Assembly (NCBI RefSeq): GCF_009914755.1
Contig: NC_060935.1
Strand: one strand, 5' to 3'
Source of the DNA: the human T2T-CHM13v2.0 reference genome, Homo sapiens
DNA: 64,000 nt
The notes under the pieces are model-generated. The model searched no databases and was not told where the DNA came from. It was given only the letters and a program-made list of their open reading frames with translations. The translations under genes and the position numbers were made by a program. Shown piece after piece: positions 32,059-50,783 of this stretch. Position 1 is the stretch's first letter. Every line of letters starts with the position of its first letter.

Positions 32059-34983
32059 CACATTTCCCTGAGTACTTCTCAACTTGCCAACCTAAATTTA
32101 AATTTCTGTTAAATGACTATAATACAGCTAAATTAATAGGTTTGTCTCACTTGCTAAAAGTTGACTCTAAATTTAATGCTGGAAAATCAAAACCTTGGTG
32201 CATTGGTGGTTCCTATTATTTATGAGAAGCTAAGAGTGAATTAATATAAACTATAACATATTCCTTGTAGGAAGGCTGTTAATCATGACCATGGTTCCCT
32301 TCTGTTGGTGGTGGGGGGTGGGTAAGGAGGTTTTTCAGAAGCAAGGCATATTTTTGTTATCCATATTTTGCAGAGAGCTCATTTGAATCATAGGCCTCAT
32401 AGCACATGGCAGGAAGGCAAGTTATCAGGAACAAAGGATAAAATAGGCTTCAGGAATTTCTTAGCATCTTGAGACACTTTTAGAACCTTCTGTTTATGAC
32501 GCCAGCTCTTTCTAGTATAAAACCAGATTGCTGCAATACAGTTCTTCCATATAATATCAAGAGAGAAATGAATTACTCAACATGGACCCAACAGACAAGA
32601 AAAAACACTGAATATGTCAGATCAGTAACTATATCCTTGAAAATAGGTAACTTTATTTATATATAATTACAATATTTGTATATTCAATGTGAGAAAATTA
32701 GACTACATGATTTCTAATGCCCTATTTTTAACTAACTATGATTCTATGATTTTACTTAAAAAATGTATTAAATGACCCAGGATTTTACAAAAGAGTGAAT
32801 TTTTATATGTTTCACTAAATATAAGATTCTACTGTTTGTCAAATATGTCAATATTTTATTAATGATTAAGGAATTATAAATGCTGTCACATAAACCATAA
32901 TATTTTATCACTTAGGCTTTTAAATTTAAACTTTTAAAATAAATCTTCTGTTATATATTCCTCTCATATGAACATAAAAAGAAAATTAGAAACAGAAAAA
33001 AAAGAATATGGTTTTCCTGAAAAATTATCTCATTCGAGGTCTTACTCTTCTAATTTTTTTGAATTGACAGAAAAAAGTACATACTTAAACTGTACAAAAT
33101 ATTATTTTGAAGTACATATACATTTATAATAAGTAAATCTTGCTAATTCACATATAGATTTCTGCCATAGTTATTATCTTTGTGGTGAGATCACTTCACA
33201 TCCACAGTCTCAGCATTTTTTAGCATAGTATATTGTTAAGTATAGTCACCATGTTGTACACTAGATTTCTTTAACTTATTCCTCTTATTTAATTAAAATT
33301 TTGTATCCTTTGACCAACATCTTCCTAACCCCCCTACTACCAAATACCCCATTCCCTGGTAACCACTATTTTACTTTCTACTTCTATGAGATCAACTTTT
33401 TTAGATTCCACTTATGAGTGAGATCATGTTGTATTTGTCTTTCTGTGCCTGGCTTGTTTCACTTATAATGCCCTCCAGGTTCATCCATGTTGTCACTGAC
33501 GACAGGGTTTCCTTCCATTTTTATGCTGGAATAGTATTCCATTGTGTATATGTACCACATTTTCTTTATCCATTCATCCATTGATAGATACTTAGGTTGA
33601 GTCTGTATCTTGGCTATGGTGAATAATGATTCAGTAAACAGGGGAGTGCAGATGTCTCTTTGACTTACTGATTTTATCTTCTCTGGATATATATCTAGGA
33701 GTGGAATTGTGGGATTACATGGTAGTTCTATTTTTAATTAATTGAGGAAACTTCATACTGTTTTCTCTAATGGCTATAATACTTGCATTCCCACCAGCAG
33801 TGTGTGAGAGTTCCCTTTTCTCTACCTGTTTGCCAATATTTGTTATCTATTGTCTTTTTGATAAAAACCATTTTTAACAGGTGTGAGATGTCTCATTGTG
33901 GTTTGATTTATATTTCCCTTATGATTAGTGATAAGCCATGATTTTTACCTGTTGATGATTTGCATGTCTTCTTTTGAGAAATGCCTATTCAGATCCTTTG
34001 CTCATTTTTAAATTCAATTATTTGTTTTTTGTTAAGTTCCTTGTATATTTTAAATATTAACCTCTTATCAGATGTACAGTTTGCAAACATTTTCTCCTAT
34101 TCTCTAGGTTGTCTCTTCACTCTTTTTATTAGTTTTGTTTACTGTGCAGAAGCTTTTTAGTTTGATGTAATCTTGTATGACTATTTTTGCGTATGTTGCC
34201 TGTGCTTTTTGGGTCATATACAAATGCATTACCTAGACCAATGTCACACAGCTTTTCACCTTTTTTTTAGTAGTTTCATAAATTGGGGTCTTACATATGT
34301 TTTTAATCCATTTCAAGTTGATTTTTGTCTATGATATGAGTAAGGGCCTAATGTCATTCTTTTGCATGTGGATATCCAGTATTCCCAACACCATTCATTG
34401 AAGAGGGTACTCTTTCCCTACTGTATGTTCTTGGTACCTTTGTCAAATATCAGTTGGCTGTAAATGCTTGGATTTATTTCTGGGCTCTCTATTCTGCTCT
34501 CTTGGTCTATGTGTCTGTTCTTATGCCAATGCCATGATGTTTTGGTTACTATAGCTTTGTAGCATATTTTGAAGGCACATAGTGTGATTTCCTCCAGCTT
34601 TGTTCTTTTTGCTCAAGATTGCTTTGGCCATTCAGGATCTTTTTGGAGGTCCATAAGATATTAGAATTTCTTTTCTAGTTCTGTGAAGAATGTCATTGGT
34701 ATTCTGAAAGAGATGATGTTGAGTCAGATCACTTTGGGCAGTATGGATATTTTAACAATCTTAATTTTCCCATTCCATGTACCCAAGATATAGTTCCATT
34801 TATTTGTGTCTTCTTCAGGTACTTCCATCAATAATTTTATAGTTTTCCATGTAGAGATCTTTCATCTCTTTAAATTTATTCATAAGCATTTATTTTTTAA
34901 CAATTATAAATGAGATTATCTTTTTAATTTCTTTTTCAGATTGCTTGCTGTCAATGTATAGAAATGTCACTAATTAAAAAAAA

Positions 34984-35114
34984 TTTTTTTTTTCTTCAGA
35001 GGTGAGGTATTGCTAAACTGCCCAGGTTGGTCTTGAACTCCTAGCCTCAAATGATTCCCTGAACCTCAGCCTCCCAAGTGCTGGGATTACAGGTGTGCGC
35101 CATTGTGCCCAGCC
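34984..35114 (-). mobile_element. FLAM_C / Alu monomer inside L1MA
   Basis: Single left-monomer-like unit with T tail. Confidence 0.85.
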
Positions 35115-37818
35115 TCACTACTAATTTTTTATGCTAATTTTATATCCCGCAACTTTACTAAATTAGTTTAGTAGTTCTAACATTTTTAGGTGTTTTTATA
35201 TATAAAACTTTTTAGGGTTTTATATATAAAATCATGTCATCTGCAAACACAGTCATTTTAATTTCTTCTTTTCCAATCAAGACACCTTTTATTTATTTTT
35301 TTCTAATTGCTATGGCTGTGGCCTCCAGTACAATATTGAACAGAAGTGGCAAGAATGGGTTACCTTGTCTTGTCCTAGATCTTAGAGAAAAACCTTTCAA
35401 ATTTTCACCATTGGATATAATATTGGTTTTGGGTTTATAATATATGGCCTTTATTTCATTGCAGTACATTCCTTGTATACCTAATTTTGTGAGTGTTTTT
35501 ATCACAAAAGAATGTTGAACTTCATTAAATCATTTTTGTGCCTCTATTGAAATGGTCATATTGTTTTTGTCCTTCATGATTGTTAATGGGTTTTAACACA
35601 TGTACTGATTTATATTTATTGAGTCATCCTTGCATCCCTGTGATAGATAATCTTTTCATCATGCTACTGAATTTGGTTTACCAGTATTTTGCTAAGGATT
35701 TATGCTTCTATGTTCTTCAGGGATACTGGCCTGCAATTTTCTTTTTTTGTAGTGTCTGTTTGGCTTTGGTATCAGGATGCTGGCTTTGTAAAAGTTGTTT
35801 GGAGGTATTCTTTCCTCTTTAATTTTTTGGAAGAGTTCGAGAAGAATTGGTATTAGATCTTGTTTAAATGTTTGATAGAATTTAGTATGAAGCTATTAAG
35901 TCCTGAGCTTTTCTTTGATGGAAGACTTTTTAATAATGATTTAATCTACTTATTCATGATTGGTCTGTTAGCATTTTCTATTTCTTCATAATTTAGCCTT
36001 GGCTGGCTTTGTGTCTCAAGGAATTTCATTTTTTCTTGGTTGTCCAATTTGTTGATGCATAATTATTTGTAGTAGTCTCTTATGATCCTTTGTATTTCTG
36101 TAGCATCAGTTGTTAAGGTCTCCTCTTTCATTTCTGATTTTTTTTTAATATTCTTTTCTAATCTAGTTAAAGTTTTGCTGATTTTGTTTACCTTTTGAAA
36201 AGCAATTCCGTTTTGTGGATCTTTTCTATGTTCTTTCTGTACTTTGTTTTGTTTATCTCTGCTTTGATATTTAATATTTCCTACCTTTTACTAACTTTGA
36301 GATACTTTATTATTGTTTTCTTAGTTTTTTTCAGGTGAAACATTAGGTTATTTGAAATTTTTCTCATTTTCTGATGAAAGCATTTATTGCTATGAACATC
36401 CCTCTTAGAGCTGCTTTTGCTGTATTTCATAGGGTTTGGTATATTGTTTGTCCATTTTTGTTAGTTTCAAGACATTTTTAAATATACTTTCAAGTTGTTT
36501 TATTAACCCATTGGTTGTTTAGGAGCATGTTGTTTAATTTCCATGTATTTGTAAATATTCTGAAGTTTCTCCCGTTATTGATTTCAAGTTACATCATTGT
36601 GGTCAGAAAGATGCTTGATATAATTTCAGTCTTCTTAAATGTGTTAAGACTTGTTTTGTGGCCTAACATATGCTCCATATTGGAAAATGTTCCATGTGTA
36701 ATTGAAAAGAGTAAGCATTCTGTAACTGTTGGATAGAATGCTCTGCATATGCCTGTTAGGTCCATTTAATTTAGTGTAGTTTAAGTCCATTGTTTCTTTA
36801 TTGATTTTCTGTCTGTATGATCTGTCCACTGCTAATACTTGGATGTTGATATCTCCTATTATTGTGTTGCAGTCTATATCTCCCTTCAGATATTGTTATA
36901 TTTGCTTTCTATCTTTATGTGCTCCAATATAGGTGCATATTTATTTACAATTATTATGTTCTCTTGATGACTTGACTCCTTTATCATTATATAATGACTT
37001 TTGCTGTCTCTTTTTTCATAATTTTTATCTTAAAGTCTATTTCATCCGATGTAAGTACACTCCTGCTTTCTTTTGGCTTCCATTTGCATGGACTATGTTT
37101 TTTGATTTTTTTACTTTCAATCTATGTGTGTCCCTTTCAGGTGAAATGAGTCTCTTATAGGCAGCATATAATTGGGTATTTTTGCTTTTTTAAATCCATT
37201 CAGACATCTATGTCTTCTGATTGGATATTAATCCATTTAAATTCAAGGACTTACTGCTATCATTTTGTTAACTGTTTTCTGGTTGTTTTAGAGATCTTTT
37301 GTTCCTTTCTTTTTCTCTCGCTTGTCTTCCTTTGTGGCTGTTATTCTCTTGAATAGTATGTGTTGACTCCTTGATTTTTATTTTTTATCTACTCTATTTT
37401 TTTGCTTTGCAGTTACCATGATGCCTACAAAAAAAATCTTGTAGTCATAACAGATTATTTTAAGCTAATAAAAAATTTTATCACCCAAAAAAAAAGAAAA
37501 TAACTACTCTTTTACTCTATCCACTCTGTATATTGATTTTTCTATGTCATGATTTATATCTCATATATTGCATATCACTTTTAACAAATTATTATAGTTA
37601 TCATTATATCTGGTAGTTTTGTCTTTTAACCTTTATACTAAAGATGTAAGTAATTTACACAATGCCATCACAGTAATAGAGTATTCTGAATTTGACTGTG
37701 TACTTACTTTTACCAGTGAGTTTTATATTTTCAGAGGTTTTGTGTTACTCATTAGTAACTCTTTAAATTTAAAGAACTCCCTTTAGCATTTCTTGTAAGA
37801 TAAGTCTGGTTGTGATGA

Positions 37819-38145
<327 letters not shown>

Positions 38146-40286
38146 CTCACCTTCATTTTTAAAAAACAACTTTTCTGGTTACAGTGTTCTTGGTTTAAAA
38201 TGTTTTTCCTTCAGCACTTTGACTATATCATCCCACTGTCACCTGTCTTGTAAGGCTTCTGCTGAAAGTCTGCTGCTAGTTTTATTGGAACTCACTTATA
38301 CGACATCTGCTTCTTTTCTTTGCTGCTTTCACGATCTTCTCTGTCTTTGATTTTTGACCATTTAATATATTTCTCAGGGTAATCTTATTTGGATTGAATC
38401 TGATTGGAGACCTTTGACCTTCCTGTGCCTGGATATTTACATCTTCCTCCAGGATTGGAAAGTTTCCTGCTACAATTTCTTTAACAGCTTTTTACTCCTT
38501 TATCTTTCTTTTCTCCTTCTTTAACTTCTGTGACTCCTGTGACTTTGATATTGTCCCAAAAATCCTATAAGTTTTACAACTTCTTTTATCTTGTTGTTTT
38601 TCTTTTTTCTCCTTCATGTATTTTCAAATAACCTGTCTGAATTGATAGCTTTTTTATACTTGATCAAGTCTGTTGTTGATATTGTATTTTTAAATTTTAT
38701 TTTTTTATTTGGGGGTTTTTCATCTTCAGGATTTCTGTTGAATTTTTAAAATTATTTCAATTCCTATTAAATTTCTTGTTCTTGACACATTGTTTTTCTC
38801 ATTTCATTGAATTATTTTTCTGTATTTTCTTGAAGTTTATTGAGCTTCTTTAAAACAGTTACTATGAATTCTTTGTCAAGCAATTAATACAGCTATAATC
38901 CTTTAGGGTCAGTCACTGGCACTTTCTTTTGTTTATTTGGTGGTGTTATGTTTCTTTGTTTGTTCTTGACCTTTGTAGTGGTGTGTCAATATCTGTTCAT
39001 TGGAAGAAATATTAATAGATACTTATTACAGTCTTTGCAGACTAGTTTTGTCTGAGAAAGCAATGCAGCAGCCACAGTCCTGGGGCAGGCCAGAATCCTG
39101 AGGCAGCTGTAGCTACCATGCAACTGGCAGAAACTCAGGGCTTGCTGTAAGATGTGCAGTGCCAAGGCATGCCAGAAGCCTGATTACCTGAGAACCACAC
39201 TAACTTTCAGAAGCTGGACTAATACCTACGGATGCTATCTTTTGCCTTTTAAATAATTTTGTTTTAAAAACGAATTAGCTTTGCTTTATATGTTTATCAG
39301 TTCTTTGGGTGGGGTAAAATGGAGCTTACCTAGGCTTTTAAATTGTAGTGAAGGCTATTTTTAAAAATAAAGTTTTGAATATTTGAAAAACATTTAAAAA
39401 CGTGACATACCAGAAGCACATGACCACTGAGGATCATCTGCTGCTGATAATTGTCTGGAAACTAGGGCTGCTGAAGTTGGCCCAGTGGTTGTGCTGTTCA
39501 GAGATCAAGTCTGAAAGTCCTGTACTCACATTTATCTTTCTCCCAAGCAGACGGTATCTCTTCCAGGACTACATTTTGGAGCATTGGTATAGGGTGAGTG
39601 TGGGTAAGGTAGAACTGCCCTTCCTATCCCATTCAATACGTCTTCCTACCCTGTTCAATGTTACATCCTGGTATTGTGATCTTTCACCTGCTTTAATTAG
39701 CTTTTAGGAAGGTGTTTTCATGTGTGAATAGTTATTCAAATTGATATTTCTATGGGTGAGATGATGGCTGGAGAGTCCTACCCCACTACCTTGCTCTGCC
39801 CCTCTGGGATCTACACTTGAATCAGTTTTCAACTCAGAACTGTTGTGGTTCATCTTTTACAAATGGTAACCTCTTTTGTGCTAAGAAAAGATTTATTAAT
39901 GTGGCATTTCTTAAAAGAGTGCTCCAGTCTTTATCTCTTAGAAGTCTTCTCAAGCCATTGATGTACATACTGTAACTTTTAGTACAGATGCTTTCAACAG
40001 AAAGTTTTGAGACAAGAACCAGGACATCTATTCCTTCTTCAAATGGCCCATCAATGGTTTGTAAAGTGAATAGTCAAGTGATTACAGTTATACTGTCATG
40101 CAATCTGCAAAAACAATTTTACACAGTGCTTGACTTGACAGCTATGATGTGAAAGCCACCTTATAGAAAGTGACTGTATGACATAATCAGTTGTAAGATA
40201 CATATGATTTATAAAATATTAAAATGTGTGGGAAGGCACCTTGGAACAATGAAATATAATATATAATACAATAAGTATTAGTTTCA

Positions 40287-44393
<4,107 letters not shown>

Positions 44394-44537
44394 GAGAGAA
44401 CAGCATCAGAAACCACAAAAAAAGGGGAAAAAGAAAGAAGATGAAACCACAGTTCTTTACGTGGGTGGGCTATGAATGTTATCTACACATTCATAAGAAC
44501 AGAAATCCTGAAACTGATGTAATAACAGTTTGTGAAG

Positions 44538-44562
44538 TATATATATATATATATATATATAT
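44538..44562. repeat. (TA)12 microsatellite
   Basis: Perfect run. Confidence 0.95.
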
Positions 44563-44589
44563 TTTATTTGTTGACACAGTTTCTTTGGT

Positions 44590-45065
44590 CTTCAATTAAA
44601 TAAATTAATATTTATTGAACTACTGTTGTGTGCCAAGCACTGTGATAAACAAAGGACACGTAGTCAGAAGTAAAATGTGATCATTTTCTAGCCCTTCTGG
44701 AGCAAAACAGAAAATGTGAAGGTGACAGAAGAGAAAATGATGCACTCTAAGTCTGGGAAAGAGTCTAGAGAGAGATTAGAGAGAGTAAAGAAGGGTGTTC
44801 TAGGAGCTGAAGATAAAAAGAAAGTTAGAGACCAGGGCATGAAGAGCAATTGGTAAGTAGAGTATTTACACGATAAAATAGAAAGATTTACATTCGGGAA
44901 ATTTATCTTCAGTTATATTTTTTACGTAAGTTGTAAGGGAGAAAGGTGGAAATGGCAGAAGCAGAAAGATTAGATAGGAACCCAGTAATCTCATCAAAAT
45001 GACAATTTGGTTTAGAATGGTTGCAGTGGAGTTAGAAACATTTGAATTCGAAAGATAACTAAAGA
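44590..45065 (-). mobile_element. L2 fragment
   Basis: 'aatatttattgaactactgttgtgtgccaagcactgtg'. Confidence 0.6.
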
Positions 45066-45383
45066 TAAAATTTATAATATGTGAGTTTATATAGTAAAAA
45101 TAATAGCCAGAAATTTATCAAGACATAGCTAGAAACAAATTACTCTTTAAGTTCTACAGTATGTATTATTTATAAAGTCCATCTATATATAAAAAATATA
45201 GATATATCTTTAAGTTTCTATGTTCAAACATGACCATCAGAAGTTTCAGTTCACCTTTATTCTTCTAATAGACTATATTAAAATGTAACTGTCCCAATCT
45301 ACTGCAATAATTTCAAAGTCAGTTCACTTTACTGGCTATAGTACAGACAATACTTTTTATAAAAGGGTTTATAAAAATCTCTA

Positions 45384-45767
45384 TAATATGGTTGGCCTCT
45401 GTGTCCCTACACAAATCTCACGTTGAATTGTGATCCCAAGTGTCGGAAGAGGGACCTGGTGGGCAGTGATTGGATCATGGGGGCAGACTTTCCCCTTGCT
45501 GTTCTCCTGAAAGTTTGTGAGTTCTCACAAAATCTGGTTATTTGAAAGTGTGTAGCACTTCCCCCTTTGCTCTCTCTCTCCTGCTGGCCATATGAAGACC
45601 TGCTTGCTTCCCCTTTGTCTTCTACCAAGATTGTAAGTTTCCTGAGACCTCCCCAGAAGCAGAAGCCTATATAACCCACAGCACTGTGAGCAGATTAAAC
45701 ATCTTTTCTTTATAAATTACCCAATTACAGGTATTCTTTTATAACAGTACAAGAATGAACTAATACA
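45384..45767 (+). mobile_element. MSTA-like solo LTR
   Basis: 'taatatggttgg...ccccagaagcagaagcc...ctaataca'; TSD ctcta/ctcca. Confidence 0.9.
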
Positions 45768-46224
45768 CTCCATCTTCTCAAAGCAATGGTAGATACCAGG
45801 CTGGCATATTCTGATAGTGAGAAAAGACTGGATAATTCAAATATTCAGTTGCTTTAATTAATTCAATTACTGTGACTGTCAGAGTCTGTGTAGAAAAATG
45901 TGAGAGAATTGTCAGTTGTGTTTTTTAGATGATGGCCCAAAAAAATATGTACTGGATAGATTGAGAAAAGTAACAATTTGACAGAGTTGAAAGAAGAAAT
46001 GAAAAGGACCTACTGGTGGAAAGGAGGTAATGAAGGGTTTTATTGGGCATAATCCAGTTTTCTGTCTGGGAAAAGAGAAACTTGTGGTTAGAGTTTGGAA
46101 GGCATGAAGTAATGTGTTGGGGGGAGTAAAATTTACAATGGGGAACAAGTTAAATGTTGAAGGTGAGCGGGTGAGGAGAGTAAATCTTTTGGGTCATCAA
46201 GAAAACTAAGAGGCATAAAGATAC

Positions 46225-46507
46225 AATTTCATTCATTCTTTTTTGTGGATGCATGGTAGTCCATGATGTATATGTACCACATTTTCTTTTTCCAATCATC
46301 CATTCAGGGGCACTTAGGTTGATTCCACGACTTTACAATAGCAAATGGTGCTATGATAAATGTACAAGTGCAAGTGTCTTTTTTATGAAATTATTTATTT
46401 TCCTTTGGGTAGATACTCACCAGTGGAATTTTAGTTTTTGAGAAATCTTCATACTGTTTCCCATAAAGGCTACAAGAATCTACATCCCCACCAAAAGTGC
46501 ACAAGCA
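46225..46507 (-). mobile_element. L1PB/old L1PA 3' fragment
   Basis: 'gtatatgtaccacattttcttt...cacttaggttgattcc...tttcctttgggtagatac'. Confidence 0.85.
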
Positions 46508-46519
46508 TGCAACAGATAA

Positions 46520-46665
46520 TTTTAATGTGTTTTACTCTTCCACTAGACACTATGCATCTTGAGGGCAAGTTTCATGCCTTATTAATCTTAGTATTATTTC
46601 CAGTATCTAGGACAGAGAATGATATAAAGTCAAGAGTAATAAATGATTGCTGAAATAAATTGAAA
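46520..46665 (+). mobile_element. L2 3' end
   Basis: 'ccactagac...tgagggcaag...ccagtatctaggacag...aataaatgattgctgaa'. Confidence 0.7.
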
Positions 46666-47379
46666 TTTTAAATTGCTTGGTTCCCTAAGCAGCCACTTTC
46701 CTTTACTATGTCAAAAACAGTGAGTTCCTTTTCCTTTGCCAATGGCATATTTCATATGCCCAAGAGATGTGAAAGCATACAGCACAAAGCTGAAATGAAA
46801 GACTCATTACAGTATTGCATTAGAGCTACGAAGTCATATTTTGCAACCATTCTGTGCCACCAATATAATTAGAAGATATTGAACTTTCATTAGTTTGGGA
46901 AGTCAGCTGCCCTTTAATTGTCATTATTTAAATTTTTTGCTGACTGTAATAGCCTCATGAGATAGACATCTCATTTCTGTTACAGAACCGAGGGTCACCA
47001 GTGGTATAATTTTATTTCTCTATACTTGAATGCAGCCCAGAATAGCATTCAACATTGAATCCGTTCTTAACTTTTATTAGTAACTTTAGTCAAGTACAAA
47101 TTAATACAGTTTTTCTTTTTAATGTCAGAATTTCTCATTGTTGAAAAAAAAAATTGTTTCTTCCTTACCCACAGGATGTTTAAGTCCCTCAACAATAACC
47201 CCACCAAATGTGTTCAGTCCTGTATACTGAAATCTCCAAAGAGTAAGAACACTCTGTTTCCTAAGCTGGCTCATTTCATGTTTTTTTTTAAAAAAACTTT
47301 ATCATTCCTTTATAGGATGAAACGAATACTATGTACAACAATTCTATCACTTCTACCATATATTATAATCTGTGGCCTA

Positions 47380-48049
<670 letters not shown>

Positions 48050-48164
48050 TTAGTCTTTGATACTTACAATATGGAAATTAAAATATAAAATGTATGTATA
48101 GACTTCAGTAAATCAACTTCCATTTCTACTGCCTCTCACTACAATTGCCTGATTTTTCAGGTAA

Positions 48165-48510
<346 letters not shown>

Positions 48511-48545
48511 TCCTCTAAGTTTTTTAAGGCTTAAAATTTTATCCT

Positions 48546-48844
48546 GGCTAAGTGTGGTGACTCATGCCTATAATCAGCACTTTAGGAGGCCAAGGTGAAA
48601 GGATTACTTTAGACGAGGAGTTTGAGACCAGTCTTGTCAACATAGCGAGACCCCATCTCTAAAAAGAAATTTTTAAAATTTAGCAGGGCCTCATGGTCTG
48701 TGCTTGCAGTCCAAGCAACTTGGGAGATTGAGGTGGGAGGATCCCTTGAATCCAGGGGTTCCAGGTTGTATGAATGCATCATTGCCCTCCCCCAACCTAG
48801 GTGACAGAGCAAGACCCTGTTTCTAGAAAGAAGAAAAAGAAAAA
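48546..48844 (+). mobile_element. AluJ
   Basis: Diverged dimer with 'gtgggaggatcccttgaatcc' and 'agcaagaccctgtttc'. Confidence 0.88.
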
Positions 48845-48959
48845 TTGTTTCCTGTTATATCCATTTCCTTTAATATAGTTTACAAATTGTGCATTTCAAC
48901 AGCAGCACTCTGTCCATATGTCTAGCAGACTCCTTAACACACTGTGCTACAACTTCTCT

Positions 48960-49072
48960 GTATGTGTCTGTCTCCCAAACTAGAATATGTATGGCTAAAG
49001 GTCAGAGCTTTTCTTACTCGGCTTTATATTCCCAGCACCTAGCACAATGCCATTTGTAGTTGAATAAATGAC
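48960..49072 (+). mobile_element. L2 3' end
   Basis: 'tgtctgtctccc...actagaat...cccagcacctagcacaatgcc...tgaataaatga'. Confidence 0.7.
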
Positions 49073-49630
49073 GATCTTTGCACACAAGCAGCATTGGTTT
49101 GGATTTTAATGTATTTAGGTAATCTACAATATAGATATAAAGTGTGCTATTGCACCCAGCAAAATATCTAAAAAGACTTCTAAGCAGTTGGAGAATTAAA
49201 CATATTTTAAAATAGCACCGAAAAAAAGCTAGTCCAGTAAGGGAAATTATGTAGAACACATTCTAATGTTTATTATAATTTGGCAAAGAATTTTCAATAA
49301 TACCCAACTACATAAAATTCCAACTAATCTAGCAAAGTTGTTTATTTCATTCATACCAACAAAATATACAATTGCTGTATGATCCCCAATTGTTTCCTCA
49401 AGGAGAGGCTAAAAGATTTCATCTTACTGGCACTTACATGCATATAATAACAGATGCTGGGGAGGATGAGGACAAATAGAACCCAGGATTAAGGCTAGGA
49501 AGGATGGTTGATTTTTTGTTTGTTTTATAGAAAGAGCTAACACTTATTTAGCACTTGCTTCTGCTAGGTTCTATTCTAATTGCTTTACGTGAATTAGTTT
49601 AATTAATCTTTATAGTAACCCTATGAAGTA

Positions 49631-49886
49631 GAAATGAAACTTGAAGAACTTGGGTTTAAACTGTGTGAGTCCACTTATTTACATTTTTCAGTAAATATAG
49701 TCAGGCTCCCCACCCCCCACATCTGAAACCAAACAGGGATTGATAATACAGTATTCTCCTGATGTGAAACCCCATATACAGAACACTGGACATTTTCCTC
49801 AGGTTGCACCAGGCTGACAACTAGACATGATTATACACGAATTTTGGTATCCACAGGGGTCTTGGAACCTATTCCAGGGCCGACTG
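49631..49886. mobile_element. MER8 (Tigger-type) inside a MIR (-) spanning ~49535-49965
   Basis: 'gggtttaaactgtgtgagtccacttat...aatacagtattc...ttttggtatcc...gactg', flanked by TA on both sides. Confidence 0.75.
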
Positions 49887-50247
49887 TAGTTCCATGCACA
49901 GGCCGAACTCACAGATGAGAAATTTAAAACCAGGATTAACACTAAGGCATTCTAACCCTAGAGCCAATGATATATCAATTTTCGCTACAAAACATCAAAT
50001 CAAACACCTGTTTCAAATAGTTTTTAGGAAAATTCAACTTATTTTCTCGATTTGTGCTATTTATAATCAGCAAATGGACCTTTTAAAAGACAATTAAAAG
50101 GTTACAAAAAAGGGTCCTGACTGTCGGGAATTAAAAAGACATCCAAACATGAGTGGGGGTACCCACAGTTTATAAGGTTACCATTTAGTCTTGTTTAAAA
50201 AAAAAATGAATAAGAACAAAGAAGCAGTGTGCTTCCTAATCCTAAAG

Positions 50248-50450
50248 CAGGATTTCTCAACCTCAGCACTACTAACATTTTGAGTGGAATACTTCCTTGT
50301 TGTGGGGGACTGCCCTGTGCATTGTAGGATGTCTAGCAGCATCCCGGGCCTCTACCCATTAGATGCCACTGGCACTCTCCCTCCCAGATATGACAATAAA
50401 AAGCATCTCTAGGACATTGCCAAGTGTCCCCTGAGGGTAAAGTCACCGTC
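50248..50450 (-). mobile_element. MER20 (hAT-Charlie)
   Basis: 'caggatttctcaacctcagcactactaacatttt...gtgcattgtaggatg...gacattgccaagtgtcccc'. Confidence 0.9.
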
Positions 50451-50724
50451 TTAAAGAAAAGCGATCTGACCTTACCTTATCATCGTTTTCTTTATAAAAA
50501 TATTTCGCATATGCTATATAGATAAGCAACATAATAAAGAAGCAATGTCTGAAATGGGATATCTGATTTTAAATAGCTGTTCTTGGAGACACAACTGTAG
50601 ATCTCATGTATCTTTGTTTCTCCTATGACACAAAATGATTCCCCCACCCCACACAACACACACACTGTTCCCCCTCTCATCCCTCATCTACAATTCCAAC
50701 CCAACATTTCTATTTCTGTTTCCG

Positions 50725-50783
50725 TTTTTTATTATTATTATTATTTTGAGATGGAGTTTCGCTCTTGTCGCCCAAGCTGGAGT
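50725..50783 (-). mobile_element. Micro-Alu (3' ~36 bp of AluSq/Sp-like plus tail)
   Basis: 'gagatggagtttcgctcttgtcgcccaagctggagt' with (TTA)n tail; TSD ttctattt(c/t)tgttt(c/t)c. Confidence 0.88.

Noticed and set aside
35183-35232. Short tandem duplication (ttttagg..ttttatatataaaa) in L1MA
   Set aside because: Ordinary slippage duplication in a dead L1.
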